A stretch of 64,000 bases of DNA, from contig JALMLS010000510.1 in the NCBI GenBank assembly GCA_038496445.1, positions 1-64,000 of the forward strand, in the 5' to 3' direction. The position numbers and the translations under genes were made by a program. Below, piece after piece: positions 63,329-64,000 of the stretch. Below the pieces are notes generated by a model. The model had not been told where the DNA came from. It searched no databases and was given only the letters and a program-made list of their open reading frames with translations. Each line of letters begins with the position of its first letter. The stretch's first letter is position 1. Source of the DNA: Trichosphaerium sp. ATCC 40318 (taxonomy: Eukaryota; Protista; Tubulinea).

Positions 63329-64000
63329 ATGAAGGTTATTTTACTCCTAGCAGCATTACTGCTGTTTTTTGTATCAGCACAAGAGATTCTAGATGATTTT
63401 ACAGACTTTGGACAGCTAACAGCAAGCGCAGATGGCCAAACAGTCGAAGAAACTGTCAGTGGACCTGGTATTCTTGGGGGATCGCGTCTAATGGAGGTTA
63501 CAAAAGTTTCTGGTGGTTCAACCTCTTTAGAAGTATCCTGTACTACTGTAGCTGGCTTTTTCGCTCTTAGTACAGATGTAACTGTTATTGGTGGTTGTCA
63601 ACTTACCTACGCTGGTCCTTCAGGGACAGGCTTCAGTCCACCTATTAATTTCTTACAATACGGTTGTGGTACGCATAAGAAGAAGTACTTCGCTCAAAAA
63701 GAGCGTCACAGAGTGTTTTTTTTTAGTCTCGAACGAAAAATCTTTTGAGATTTTTTTTTTTGTGCGCACGTGATTTTCGCACTTTGGGTTGTATTTTCTG
63801 ATCTTTTTTAGATTGCTGGAATATGCGTATTTTAGAGTCAGATAATAATGTTGGACTTGAAGTTGTAGCGAGAAGTGCTACAGCAGGTGATTTGATTAGT
63901 GCTTTTACTCTAGAAGTCGATATTGCTGAACCAACCGATGTATGTTTGCCTTTTGATACATCAATTGAGAATTATCAAAATATCGATCAAGTAGACTTTA
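63329..64000 (+). CDS. Secreted protein distantly related to 52851/57227; runs off the window
   Basis: Signal peptide. ILGGSR...SC...G.CQLTY resembles VFGGMR...IC...GSCTFTY. Confidence 0.65.

Overview
AT-rich eukaryotic nuclear DNA with short GT-AG introns and the standard genetic code, probably from a free-living protist; the gene content suggests an amoebozoan (inference). Intron-rich host genes include HscB, LYRM1, F-box-SPRY, a C2-domain protein, two FMOs in inverted duplication, three cytochrome P450s, a jacalin-aerolysin (natterin/Dln1-like) toxin, an EF-hand protein, archaemetzincin, a probably acatalytic alpha-carbonic anhydrase, a DH-PH RhoGEF, an F-box-Ras-like protein and a family of secreted proteins. 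Interspersed among them are eight mostly intronless F-box-LRR and MORN-variant repeat genes of giant-virus-like type, some intact and some decayed. Mobile DNA includes a TTAA-flanked TIR element, a foldback element and an RNase H-bearing non-LTR retrotransposon with a 12-bp TSD and an unusual sense-strand poly(T) tail. The most striking signal is two independent circularly permuted tRNA-like loci (about 18.4-18.6 kb minus, about 39.7-39.9 kb plus). In each, the 3' half precedes the 5' half, the acceptor stems are complementary, and the break lies in the anticodon stem rather than at 37/38. One locus has a whole tRNA-like gene nested in its spacer and a spare Met-type anticodon arm in its trailer. 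CACGTG is roughly ten-fold over-represented across the window. Multi-exon gene ends are approximate, and some frameshifts are probably assembly errors.
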